Position numbers and translations under genes: made by a program. A stretch of DNA of 60,818 nt from a virus (taxonomy: Duplodnaviria; Caudoviricetes): positions 1-60,818 of IMG/VR virus record IMGVR_UViG_3300026382_000017. One strand, 5' to 3'. Positions 8,557-17,118 of this stretch are shown here, piece after piece; the stretch's first letter is position 1; each line of letters starts with the position of its first letter. The notes under the pieces are model-generated. The model saw only the letters and a list, made by a program, of their open reading frames with translations, was not told the DNA's origin and made no database searches.

Positions 8557-9066
8557 CTATAAGTCTTTTTTCAAAATTTTTAACGCTTCGTCTCCTTCTA
8601 TTAAGATTTTTATAAAACTTTTTCTTTTCTTGGTAACCTTTCCTTTTTCCAAAAATTTCTTTTTTATCTCCTTTCTAAAATCGGTAGGCAACAGGTAATA
8701 AATCTCTTTTTGTTTGCCTAATACGTAATTCAAAATTTTATTAAATTCATAGTAATTTTCTGCACCTATTAGAAGAGTCATTAGTATCTCTTCTTTTTCT
8801 TCTCCTAACTCTTCGTATAGCCAAGCAATAGGGCTTTTTTGGGGAAGGATAGTGTGATTAGTCACCCCCACATCAAAAGGAATTAAAAGCGGGTTTTTCT
8901 CCCACATTTTTATATTTTTTAGTTCTTTTTCAAGTAGAGGAATTTTGTCCCACTCTCCGTTGTATTGTGCCATATACAAATCACTTTCTAGGCACGACTT
9001 GTAGTCGTGCAAACTGAATTTAAAGTCGTTTTCCCAGATTTTCTTAATTCTTTCTTTTAGTTCCAT
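8557..9066 (-). CDS. Hypothetical early protein
   Basis: 169-aa ORF, AAGGAG RBS. Confidence 0.8.
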   Translation of the reverse strand: MELKERIKKIWENDFKFSLHDYKSCLESDLYMAQYNGEWDKIPLLEKELKNIKMWEKNPLLIPFDVGVTNHTILPQKSPIAWLYEELGEEKEEILMTLLIGAENYYEFNKILNYVLGKQKEIYYLLPTDFRKEIKKKFLEKGKVTKKRKSFIKILIEGDEALKILKKDL

Positions 9067-9139
9067 TTTTTCTCCTTTTTATTTTTCTCTACATTAAAAA
9101 ACTCCGTAAAGCCCTTTAATGTGGAGGAAAAAGGGGAGA

Positions 9140-9503
9140 TTAAACAAATAATACCTTCCCTAAGTGAGAGTGGAGCAATACTGGTTCTTCGCTCTCTCTT
9201 ATTAAAGTAACAAATTCATCAATTTGAGCTTCTAAATATTCTTCATTCTCCTCATCCTCAAAAACTGAGCTACAACTATTTATATAATAAGTAGCCCACG
9301 CCCCAGCAACTTTAACTTTTTTACCTCCTCTCCACGCAACTAAAAAGCCTGTAATCTCATAACTCCTGCGAGTCTGACAACAACCTGCATTATAATCATA
9401 CTCCACAATACCAGTGAGTGCTTGTCTTAAAAGCACTCTAATATAAAAAAGAATTTTTCTCCCATACGCTAAATTTTTTCCAAAAGTTTCTACTTTTTCT
9501 CAT
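9140..9503 (-). pseudogene. Early gene with an apparent 1-nt frameshift just after the start codon (or a sequencing error)
   Basis: The RBS-preceded ATG at 9503 stops after 21 codons; the shifted frame is open from ~9499 into the 9140-9436 ORF. Confidence 0.55.
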
Positions 9504-9529
9504 TTTTTTCTCCTTTTTTAAAATTTCAA

Positions 9530-9602
9530 AAGTTACAATTTGTAACTTTTCCAAAAAATCGGGCAGAGTCCTCCTTCAGACTTCGCCCGATTTTTTGGAA
9601 AA
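9530..9602 (-). repeat. Repeat family C variant (same palindrome, different hairpin stem)
   Basis: AAGTTACAA-T-TTGTAACTT plus TTTTCCAAAAAATCGGGC...GCCCGATTTTTTGGAAAA; shares CCTTCAGAC. Confidence 0.85.
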
Positions 9603-9643
9603 ATCGCAAAACTATATAGCAATCTTCCTATAATAAGGAAGAT

Positions 9644-9747
9644 AAGGTTGAGTTAAATCATTTATATCAAAGTGTTTGATATAAATGATTTAACTCAACC
9701 TTTATTTTAGTGTTTGGCACTCTTTAAACACTAAAATAAAGGTTGAG
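9644..9747. repeat. Two overlapping long perfect inverted repeats (28-bp and 22-bp stems)
   Basis: AAGGTTGAGTTAAATCATTTATATCAAA-GTG-reverse complement; CTCAACCTTTATTTTAGTGTTT-10nt-reverse complement. Confidence 0.85.
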
Positions 9748-9755
9748 TGAGAGGA

Positions 9756-10262
9756 CTAAAAGTCCCCCTCAAGTATTTTCTGAATTGTCTTCACTTCTTC
9801 TATAAGCAAATCAATCTGTTCTTTTGAGAGTTCTTTTTTTCCTATTTTGATATACTTTTTAATGATGCTTAATTCATCATCTTCTTTTTTATCTTCTTTA
9901 TTTTCTGCTATTATTGTTACTTCACCTTTTTTAACATTACGTCCCAAATTCTCAAGTTGTTGATTTGTTTCTATTTTATCCAATTCCTTTAACACTTCTT
10001 CTTTTTTTTCGGGGTGTTTACTCACCCCCTCATAATAAGCCATTAAAAAGCCACGCACACGCTTAATATATGATTCAGCCATTCCTCCACTGCGTAACTC
10101 TGTTGTAATTACATCACTTATGTTTTTTTTGCTAAAATTGACACTTGCTAACTCAACTATAATATAAGCAAGTTTTTTGCGGACGGCAATTACTCTGCCT
10201 TCCGCTTTAATTAAATTTTTTAATTCTTTTTTTAGTGTGCTTAATGTTACTTTTTTTTGCAT
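9756..10262 (-). CDS. Hypothetical early protein (helical, charged)
   Basis: 168-aa ORF, AAGGAG RBS. Confidence 0.8.
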   Translation of the reverse strand: MQKKVTLSTLKKELKNLIKAEGRVIAVRKKLAYIIVELASVNFSKKNISDVITTELRSGGMAESYIKRVRGFLMAYYEGVSKHPEKKEEVLKELDKIETNQQLENLGRNVKKGEVTIIAENKEDKKEDDELSIIKKYIKIGKKELSKEQIDLLIEEVKTIQKILEGDF

Positions 10263-10283
10263 CTTTTTCTCCTTTTTTCTTTT

Positions 10284-10481
10284 TCAGTTTTTAATAATTT
10301 CATAGTCATACCATAGAGGAGGATTATCAATATTTTCCTCCTCTATACAATTGCAAATACTATTGAATTGCTCAATAATATCTACATTGTTATCCAGAGT
10401 AACTATAACTTCCCCTTGTTTTTCCTCTTCTCCTTTTAAGGAAAGAGTACCAAAAGTAACTTTTATTTTTCTTTTTTCCAT
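10284..10481 (-). CDS. Hypothetical protein; first gene of the early operon
   Basis: 65-aa ORF, AAGGAG RBS, directly downstream of the tandem promoters. Confidence 0.75.
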   Translation of the reverse strand: MEKRKIKVTFGTLSLKGEEEKQGEVIVTLDNNVDIIEQFNSICNCIEEENIDNPPLWYDYEIIKN

Positions 10482-10506
10482 CTTTCTCTCCTTTTTAAAA
10501 TTTCAA

Positions 10507-10569
10507 AAGTTACAAATTGTAACTTTTTTGAGTGTCAAGGCATACTTCACCTTCAGACACTCAAAAAAG
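10507..10569 (-). repeat. Repeat family C copy 3
   Basis: Identical to 6868-6930. Confidence 0.95.
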
Positions 10570-10602
10570 TTACATTTCAGTGAGCTATTTTGTAGCTCAC
10601 AT

Positions 10603-10839
10603 GGAATTATAACATATAAACCTTAAAGTTTGCTTAAAGTTTATATGTTTTAGAAAAAATTTTAAAACATCTCGAAAGGTCATTGCTACAACCTTTCATA
10701 TAAGGAATTATAACATATAAACCTTAAAGTTTGCTTAAAGTTTATATGTTTTAGAAAAAATTTTAAAACATCTCGGAGGGTCACCAGTGCAACCCTCCAC
10801 ACCTGAAATTTTACACCCTGAACATTAAACGAACATTAA
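10603..10839 (-). promoter_or_regulatory. Three tandem early promoters (-10 at 10606-10611, 10707-10712, 10808-10813; 101-bp period); two lie in a perfect 72-bp direct repeat (10603-10674, 10704-10775)
   Basis: Minus strand TTAAG-N6-TTAAG-N10-TATAAT with TG extension, the Campylobacterota RpoD-type pattern; third is TTAATG-N5-TTAATG...TG-TAAAAT. Confidence 0.8.
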
Positions 10840-11192
10840 TTATTTAATAAATTTAGAAAAAATTTTCAAAAAAAGATTTTTGTATAAACATATTATATAA
10901 TATATAAGAAGTTGAATTAATAGTATCAAGTTTGTTTAGTTAAATTCTTTATATCAATTTTATTGATTTTAATTATTAAAATAAAGTTGTTTTCACTAAA
11001 TAATTAAAAATAAGTTTTTTGATATGAATTGTTTAGGTTAAATAAGTTTATACGGGGAGGCTAAAAGTTTATTTTTGGAGACAGGTGGCGGACACCACAC
11101 CTCACTCTACCAACCTATTTTTAATTATGCTATAAAATATTATGTCATAATATTTACAAATTATACTACCAAAATTACAACATACCATCTAT

Positions 11193-11217
11193 AAAAACAA
11201 ACGAGGCAAAAAGCCTC
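11193..11217 (-). terminator. Intrinsic terminator ending the long minus-strand operon
   Basis: Minus strand GAGGC-TTTTT-GCCTC-GTTTGTTTTT right after the stop at 11216. Confidence 0.65.
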
Positions 11218-11563
11218 AATAACCCTTAACAACTTGTTTATGTATTTGATTTTGTTCTTTTGAAAATATAGCATCAGAAGAATTCAATTCTTTTGTGTAG
11301 TCAAATTTTTCAACAATTTTAACAGGTTCTACTAATCTTTCCTGCATAACATTGTTTTCATTTATCATTTGATGACGCACCATTTCCTTTTCATCAGCAA
11401 AATTCATAGTCACTAAATACCCAACAATTCCAAAAGTAATCATCACAACAATCAACAACTTTCTTATATTTCCTTTAAACCTTACCACAATATAGTAAAA
11501 CAGACCAACATAAAGCAACACCAGCAACACTTTAACAACAGGAGTCAAATGAAAAACAATCAT
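11216..11563 (-). CDS. Two-TM membrane protein, likely SPFH partner
   Basis: Two hydrophobic helices; overlaps the SPFH gene stop. Confidence 0.75.
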   Translation of the reverse strand: MIVFHLTPVVKVLLVLLYVGLFYYIVVRFKGNIRKLLIVVMITFGIVGYLVTMNFADEKEMVRHQMINENNVMQERLVEPVKIVEKFDYTKELNSSDAIFSKEQNQIHKQVVKGY

Positions 11564-12462
11564 TTGACATCCTTTTTGTTAGGAATTTGAAACAACATAT
11601 TTCCTTTGTTCATCATATCATACGGCATATACACAACATTTGGATTGTTTTTAATTGCCTCAACCATTGCCTGTTGTACTTCAAGTCTTCTTAATTCTAA
11701 AAATTGAGGTGTCACTGATTTACCCAACATTCTGTTGTAATCTGCCTGTCTTTTTGCTTCCTGCATTGCAATATTATATTTTGCTTTTGCAATCCTTTCC
11801 TGTGCTTTTATTTTTTCAATTTGAATTGCCGCTTCAGCTTGTGCTTTTTTGATTTCAAGCTCTTTTTTCTTTGCTTCCAAAATTGCAGCATTGTAAATTT
11901 TAGGATAATTAAACCTTCCTATATTTATATCCATCAACATTATTGGCAATGTTGTAAAATCACGTTTAATTCTATTATAAATCTCTCCTGTAACTCTGCT
12001 ATAATTCAACCTAACATCATCAAGAGTGTATTTACTCAACACTTCTCTTATATCTCTCAATACAATCAATTTTCCATAAGTATTATATAGCTTTTTCAGT
12101 GTTATCACATTGTTTTCATCTGCTGGAATGTCATTAAAAACAGCATTCAACACTTTAGGATTTGTCGACGCTTTCACTCTCAATCTTATGTAATCAACTT
12201 TCAAATTCATATTGTCTTTCATCCTTATAGTTACATCTTCAACAAATTGTCCTTGTGACGTTTGAAGTAAAATCAATTTTTTTCTACAATTCAAATCAAA
12301 AGGACTACACACTGTGTACCAACCGGGTTGCAACACTTCCGGTTCAAATCCATGTTCTGTCAGAATTTTTCCCACATATCCTTGTGGCACTTCTCTTTTA
12401 GAACAACCTGTAAACATAAAAATACCAATAATAACTAAAATACTCATCAAAACTTTTCTCAT
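11560..12462 (-). CDS. SPFH/Band-7 (prohibitin-like) lipoprotein
   Basis: Lipobox FTGC, VPQGYVGKILT..G..PEVLQPG, C-terminal Ala/Glu/Lys coiled coil. Confidence 0.85.
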   Translation of the reverse strand: MRKVLMSILVIIGIFMFTGCSKREVPQGYVGKILTEHGFEPEVLQPGWYTVCSPFDLNCRKKLILLQTSQGQFVEDVTIRMKDNMNLKVDYIRLRVKASTNPKVLNAVFNDIPADENNVITLKKLYNTYGKLIVLRDIREVLSKYTLDDVRLNYSRVTGEIYNRIKRDFTTLPIMLMDINIGRFNYPKIYNAAILEAKKKELEIKKAQAEAAIQIEKIKAQERIAKAKYNIAMQEAKRQADYNRMLGKSVTPQFLELRRLEVQQAMVEAIKNNPNVVYMPYDMMNKGNMLFQIPNKKDVK

Positions 12463-12475
12463 TTTCTATCTCCTT

Positions 12476-13072
12476 TTATACATTTATTAAGTGATTATAT
12501 GATAACGCTCTATTCACCCAACCTTTTAAAAACACTTTGTTGTTACCTTTCAATCCAATTGACACATAAAATTTCACTCTTTGACTGACAAATTCCAAAA
12601 GCAATCGAGGTATAATTGGTATATTATTAACAGCACTTATTGTTCTGTTTCCTATAATACCATCAACAACTAAACTTTCCTCTGAAACAGCATTAACAGA
12701 GGATTGTAACAATTTAACTGCTCTATAAATCCCTGAATTGACTGCCGTATCAAATAAATAAGTACTCACAATACCATTCATTTCTTCACATCTCAAAGGT
12801 CTCCAAAAAAGTCTGTAATAAATTAATACAGCTTGTTCTAATGTCAAACTCTCTACAAATTCATCAATATCATCAACATCTAAAATACCACATTTTTTTA
12901 ACACTTTTTCATTTTCTTTCACAAATCTTTTTGAAATACCATATTTTGTTTTTCCTCCTTTGTCAAATTTATTATTTGAAAATCCTCCTTCTCTTTTTAT
13001 CACTTCTGTAACTGCATAAGGAAATTCACCTTCAAAATTATATTTTTCACATAATTTTAACATTTGTTCCAT
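12476..13072 (-). CDS. Endolysin, glycoside hydrolase family 108 with peptidoglycan-binding domain
   Basis: EGGFSN..DKGGKTKYGIS, FDTAVNSG, LVVDGIIGNRT, FLKGWVNR. Confidence 0.9.
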   Translation of the reverse strand: MEQMLKLCEKYNFEGEFPYAVTEVIKREGGFSNNKFDKGGKTKYGISKRFVKENEKVLKKCGILDVDDIDEFVESLTLEQAVLIYYRLFWRPLRCEEMNGIVSTYLFDTAVNSGIYRAVKLLQSSVNAVSEESLVVDGIIGNRTISAVNNIPIIPRLLLEFVSQRVKFYVSIGLKGNNKVFLKGWVNRALSYNHLINV

Positions 13073-13589
13073 TATCTCTCCTTTATTATTTTTTCAAAAA
13101 CAAGCTGTTTTGGTAACATATTCCAACAAAACCAACTTGTGTTGAACCAACAAGATTTCTTTTCTTTCATAAAATTCACTCTTTTATCCAAAACCAAAAC
13201 TTCAATTCCATATTTTCTGAACAAATCTCCTCTTTTCACGCCCTCTAACGCTGTTAAAGGTAATAGCATACAAAAAGGTTTTCCTAACTCATATGCCCTT
13301 TCTAAAAATTCATCTTTCAGGGAATATGGAGGATTTGTTATCAAAATATCCCAATTGTCTGGTTGATATTCAAAAAAGTTTTGATTTTTATTTATATGAC
13401 TTGTTACCACTTTAAAACCATTATCTTTCAAAACTTTTGTTATATTACTTTCTCCAAAATCAGTGCATTCCCAAAAACTTTGTTTTTAAACTTTTTTAAA
13501 TAAGGTAACAAGGGATAAACTGCATATTCTGGTGTGTACAATTCATCATTTTTAGGATTTTTGACGTAATTTATCATTGCTTGTTTCAT
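13072..13589 (-). pseudogene. N6-adenine DNA methyltransferase-like gene (NPPY), frameshifted in a T5 run at 13473-13477
   Basis: ATG 13589 gives MKQAMINY..NDELYTP; adding one T joins it to WECTD...ITNPPYS; paralog of 59833-60426. Confidence 0.75.
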
Positions 13590-13590
13590 T

Positions 13591-13776
13591 TCATACCTTT
13601 GTGTTTAAACATTCCATCGTTGATAAATAACTTAAATACAACTTAGCAAATCGTTTGGCATCTTTACCTCTAAGATTTAACTCACCCATTAATAACATTT
13701 TTAATTCCTGTATTGACATATCTTCTTTATATTTTTCTTTTAAAAAAGAAATAATTTCAATTGGTAATTCATTCAT
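13591..13776 (-). CDS. Hypothetical protein
   Basis: 61-aa ORF, coupled to neighbours. Confidence 0.6.
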   Translation of the reverse strand: MNELPIEIISFLKEKYKEDMSIQELKMLLMGELNLRGKDAKRFAKLYLSYLSTMECLNTKV

Positions 13777-14156
13777 TATTTATCCTTTGCCAGCTTTCCA
13801 ATTTCATAATCAAGCTTTTTATTCAACAAAATAACTGATTTTTTAACAGTCTCTGGTAATGTTTTTGTCAAGTTCATTTCTTTTCCTACTTTAATACCTA
13901 AATATGTATAAACTACTGTTTTACTTGGTGTTAAAATATATAAAATAACACTGATACTTAAAACAGCAATATTATATTTAAGTAGTTTTTCACTGACAGA
14001 TGTATCATCTCCAAATTCTTTATCAACATTTATTTTTACTACACTAAATAACAAAAAACATAAACTTACAATTATAACAAAAGTAATAACATTATAAAAT
14101 TTACCTAAAAAATCAACTATGTAAATAAATATCGGTAACATTTCAATACTATTCAT
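13776..14156 (-). CDS. Membrane protein
   Basis: Two TM helices followed by a PSK motif. Confidence 0.75.
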   Translation of the reverse strand: MNSIEMLPIFIYIVDFLGKFYNVITFVIIVSLCFLLFSVVKINVDKEFGDDTSVSEKLLKYNIAVLSISVILYILTPSKTVVYTYLGIKVGKEMNLTKTLPETVKKSVILLNKKLDYEIGKLAKDK

Positions 14157-14166
14157 TTTAAATCCT

Positions 14167-14919
14167 TTATCTTATAATTAAATTAGCAACTTTTTTAGCT
14201 TCTTTTTTTAAATCCTCTAAACTCCCGCTGTTATCCACTATGTAGTCAAAATTAAAATCATCAAGTGCTTTTTCACTGATATGTTCATCATTATTTTCAA
14301 CACCTCTATCAACCTTAATTGTAAACGCCCCTTTTATATACTCCTCAGGAAATCTAAAATCAGTCACAATATTAACACTATCTTTGTCAAATTGTTTTAT
14401 CACAATATCTCTCCACACTGTTTTTCCAAAAATTTCTTTCATTTTCCCTGAACCAAATCTTTGCAACAATTTTCTAAAATCTGTTATTTGACTATCAAAT
14501 ACAACACTTTCAGGTTTATTTTTATAATAATCAAGAGTGTTTCTACCAATATCAAACATATCGGCAACAATATCCTTCATAGCATCAGCAAAAGCAAATT
14601 TTCTTGTTTTCACCCCTCTGAATGCTAATTCTTCAATCAGCAACTGTGCAAAAGTATCTTTCCCTTGTCGTTTTTTGTAACCTATCAGAATAATAGGATA
14701 TTTTGCCTTTTTGTTTTTGTATAGTTTTCTTCTTAATAACAACCTTTGACTATAATATTTAGGAATAGCCTCTTCATCTAAATATGTTTTTAAATTTATC
14801 AAATTATTTATTGTTCTAAAATTTACTTTAAATTGTTTTGCAAGTTGTAATTGAGAAAGTCCAGAAAGGAACATTTCTCTAATATGTTTAACTGTCTGAT
14901 TATCAAATTTTCTCTGCAT
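14167..14919 (-). CDS. Deoxynucleoside monophosphate kinase with N-terminal HTH
   Basis: GYKKRQGKDT P-loop, AFADAMK, RKLLQRFG, TDFRFPEE, HISE; N-terminal SQLQLAKQFKV. Confidence 0.85.
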   Translation of the reverse strand: MQRKFDNQTVKHIREMFLSGLSQLQLAKQFKVNFRTINNLINLKTYLDEEAIPKYYSQRLLLRRKLYKNKKAKYPIILIGYKKRQGKDTFAQLLIEELAFRGVKTRKFAFADAMKDIVADMFDIGRNTLDYYKNKPESVVFDSQITDFRKLLQRFGSGKMKEIFGKTVWRDIVIKQFDKDSVNIVTDFRFPEEYIKGAFTIKVDRGVENNDEHISEKALDDFNFDYIVDNSGSLEDLKKEAKKVANLIIR

Positions 14920-15399
14920 TTACACCTTCCTTTGATTTAATAACTTCAACAAATCATTTACAGAAATTATACAATAATTTTCACCTAAAAGTAACACTTC
15001 AATCTCATTAACTTTTTTATATTTCCACTCAAGAAAAGCATTTACTTCTGCCTTCATATACTTTTCAATATCATATTTTTTATCTACATTAAAATTCTCA
15101 ACATAATATTTTAAGTTATAAACAAGTTTATCAATAAGATTATCCTTCATAACTTCTTCAATATCAATTTCAATCAAATCCCTACCATTTCTCAAACCAA
15201 ATAAATTATCTTCAAGCCAAACCACTTTAAAATGGTCAATTAGCCCTTCTGTCAACTCGTTGAGAGTAAAAAACCAAATTAATCCTCTTAATTTTTTAAA
15301 TTCTTCCTCAGACACATAGTTATCTACAGCTTTTGCTTTCTCTAAATCAAAATTTTGATTATAACATTCATTTAAATGTTTTAACACTTCATATATCAT
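14920..15399 (-). CDS. Hypothetical protein
   Basis: 159-aa ORF in the operon. Confidence 0.7.
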   Translation of the reverse strand: MIYEVLKHLNECYNQNFDLEKAKAVDNYVSEEEFKKLRGLIWFFTLNELTEGLIDHFKVVWLEDNLFGLRNGRDLIEIDIEEVMKDNLIDKLVYNLKYYVENFNVDKKYDIEKYMKAEVNAFLEWKYKKVNEIEVLLLGENYCIISVNDLLKLLNQRKV

Positions 15400-15665
15400 T
15401 TATATTTCCTCCTTAAAAATTTTTTAATCAATACACTTACTATTGCACCTAATGTGCCTCCTAAAACAAACATTAAAATTACAAAAATATCACCAGCAAT
15501 AATACCCTTACTAATACCTAAACCTACACTCATAATCCATAATAATTGAATAATAAAAGCAAAAATTCCTGTTTTCAGCACTGATTGCTCTACCACTACA
15601 TAAACACTATAAGTTCGAGCAATTTGAAACAAAAAGTTGAATAAAAATACTAAAATTCCAATCAT
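15396..15665 (-). CDS. Small multi-pass membrane protein
   Basis: Three hydrophobic helices. Confidence 0.7.
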   Translation of the reverse strand: MIGILVFLFNFLFQIARTYSVYVVVEQSVLKTGIFAFIIQLLWIMSVGLGISKGIIAGDIFVILMFVLGGTLGAIVSVLIKKFLRRKYK

Positions 15666-15868
15666 TTTTTACTTTCACAAATTTTATATAATTCAAAATA
15701 ATTTCTTGCTCTTAATTCATACCAAATCGATATTTCAGCTGTTATAGCATTATTACCTTCTTTCATCATTTTCATACCTCTTTTAAGATAAATAGAACAA
15801 TCATTAGCAAATAATACAACTATAAAACTCAAAGACATAAGTAATTTTTTCATTTTCAATCCTTTCAA
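15662..15868 (-). CDS. Small secreted protein
   Basis: MKKLL...LFA signal peptide, two Cys. Confidence 0.65.
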   Translation of the reverse strand: MKGLKMKKLLMSLSFIVVLFANDCSIYLKRGMKMMKEGNNAITAEISIWYELRARNYFELYKICESKK

Positions 15869-15870
15869 AA

Positions 15871-17118
15871 TTATCTCGTTATTGCTATTTCTTTTTTGAA
15901 ATCTGCTCTATTTTTATCAACCCTTATTTCTTTAAATCTTGGAAAATCAATAATCAATTTATCATCAAGATAATAAGCATCTGTATATTCTACTTCAACA
16001 ATTTTGCCAACCCAATGTTCATAATCTTTTTCTCTATCTTTATTTGATAAACCGCTACCAACTTTAATAGTTAATAAACTATCCTCTGTTTGACAAATTA
16101 ACTTTCCTATTTTTCCTTTATACTTTCCTTGTCCTTCCTCAATGTTTATAACTCGTAAAGACATTGAATTCACATCTTTAATTTTAACCCAATGTTTACT
16201 TCTTTTTCTTTCATAAGGTGAATACAAATCTTTTACCATAATTCCTTCTTCACCATTTTGTCTAACTTTATCAAAATATTCATAAATTTCTGACAAAGAA
16301 CTTGTTATAAAATGACCCGGAGGAACAATATTTGCTTTATTCTCTAAACACTCTCTTCTAATCAACCTTTCGCATAAAGGTGTTTTTTCTTTTCCTAAAA
16401 ACTCATTTTCTGTTAAAATGTCAAAACAAACAAACTTTAATTTATGAACATCCTCTAAATTTTCATTTATAACTTTATTTACAATTCCACTTGTTTCATG
16501 CCTTTCAGATGCTAATAATTCGCCATCATAAAACCCATCAGGTACTTTTAATATATCATAAAAAATATGTGGTAAATTTAACACTTTTCCATTAAAAGTA
16601 ACAGCATCAACACTCTTCCCTTGTTTTCTAATCAAACATCTGACACCATCAAATTTCTTTTCAACCAAATACTCCTTACCTTCTTCAAGATTTGTTTTTG
16701 AAATATCATAAGCTTTCATCAATTCCGTGTTTAAAATATACTCATAACCAAGAGCTTTATTTATTGTTTTAACAGAAACACCTATCTTCAAACTTTTAGT
16801 CAAAATTTTTGCATAGACTTCTGCTTCCTTACCACAAATATTCAAAAAAACTTTAACATCATCTATCAATTGTTGTGTTCTTGTTGAATATCTACATTTA
16901 TCAAGCAATCCAAAAAACTGCTCTAAAGTATCTTCATTATATTCTTTTTTATTACTTGAATAATGCAACGTTTTTATATGATATGAATACAAAGGATTAA
17001 AAGCATAATCCAACAATTTAAGAAATTTAGGATTAGACGAATACTGTCTAATTAACTCTTGTTTCTTTTTTGTTGAATTTTCTTTCCCCAGATTTAGTAA
17101 TTGTTCTATTGTTGTCAT
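15871..17118 (-). CDS. lig: ATP-dependent DNA ligase
   Basis: EKKFDGVR adenylation motif, YDGEL, FDIL, EGIMVK, WVKIK, VGSG, FPRF. Confidence 0.95.
   Translation of the reverse strand: MTTIEQLLNLGKENSTKKKQELIRQYSSNPKFLKLLDYAFNPLYSYHIKTLHYSSNKKEYNEDTLEQFFGLLDKCRYSTRTQQLIDDVKVFLNICGKEAEVYAKILTKSLKIGVSVKTINKALGYEYILNTELMKAYDISKTNLEEGKEYLVEKKFDGVRCLIRKQGKSVDAVTFNGKVLNLPHIFYDILKVPDGFYDGELLASERHETSGIVNKVINENLEDVHKLKFVCFDILTENEFLGKEKTPLCERLIRRECLENKANIVPPGHFITSSLSEIYEYFDKVRQNGEEGIMVKDLYSPYERKRSKHWVKIKDVNSMSLRVINIEEGQGKYKGKIGKLICQTEDSLLTIKVGSGLSNKDREKDYEHWVGKIVEVEYTDAYYLDDKLIIDFPRFKEIRVDKNRADFKKEIAITR

Noticed and set aside
1-10569. Repeat families A, B and C as CRISPR repeats or integron attC sites
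   Set aside because: They are separated by whole genes of variable length, have no clear RYYYAAC/GTTRRRY ends, and no cas or integrase gene is in the window
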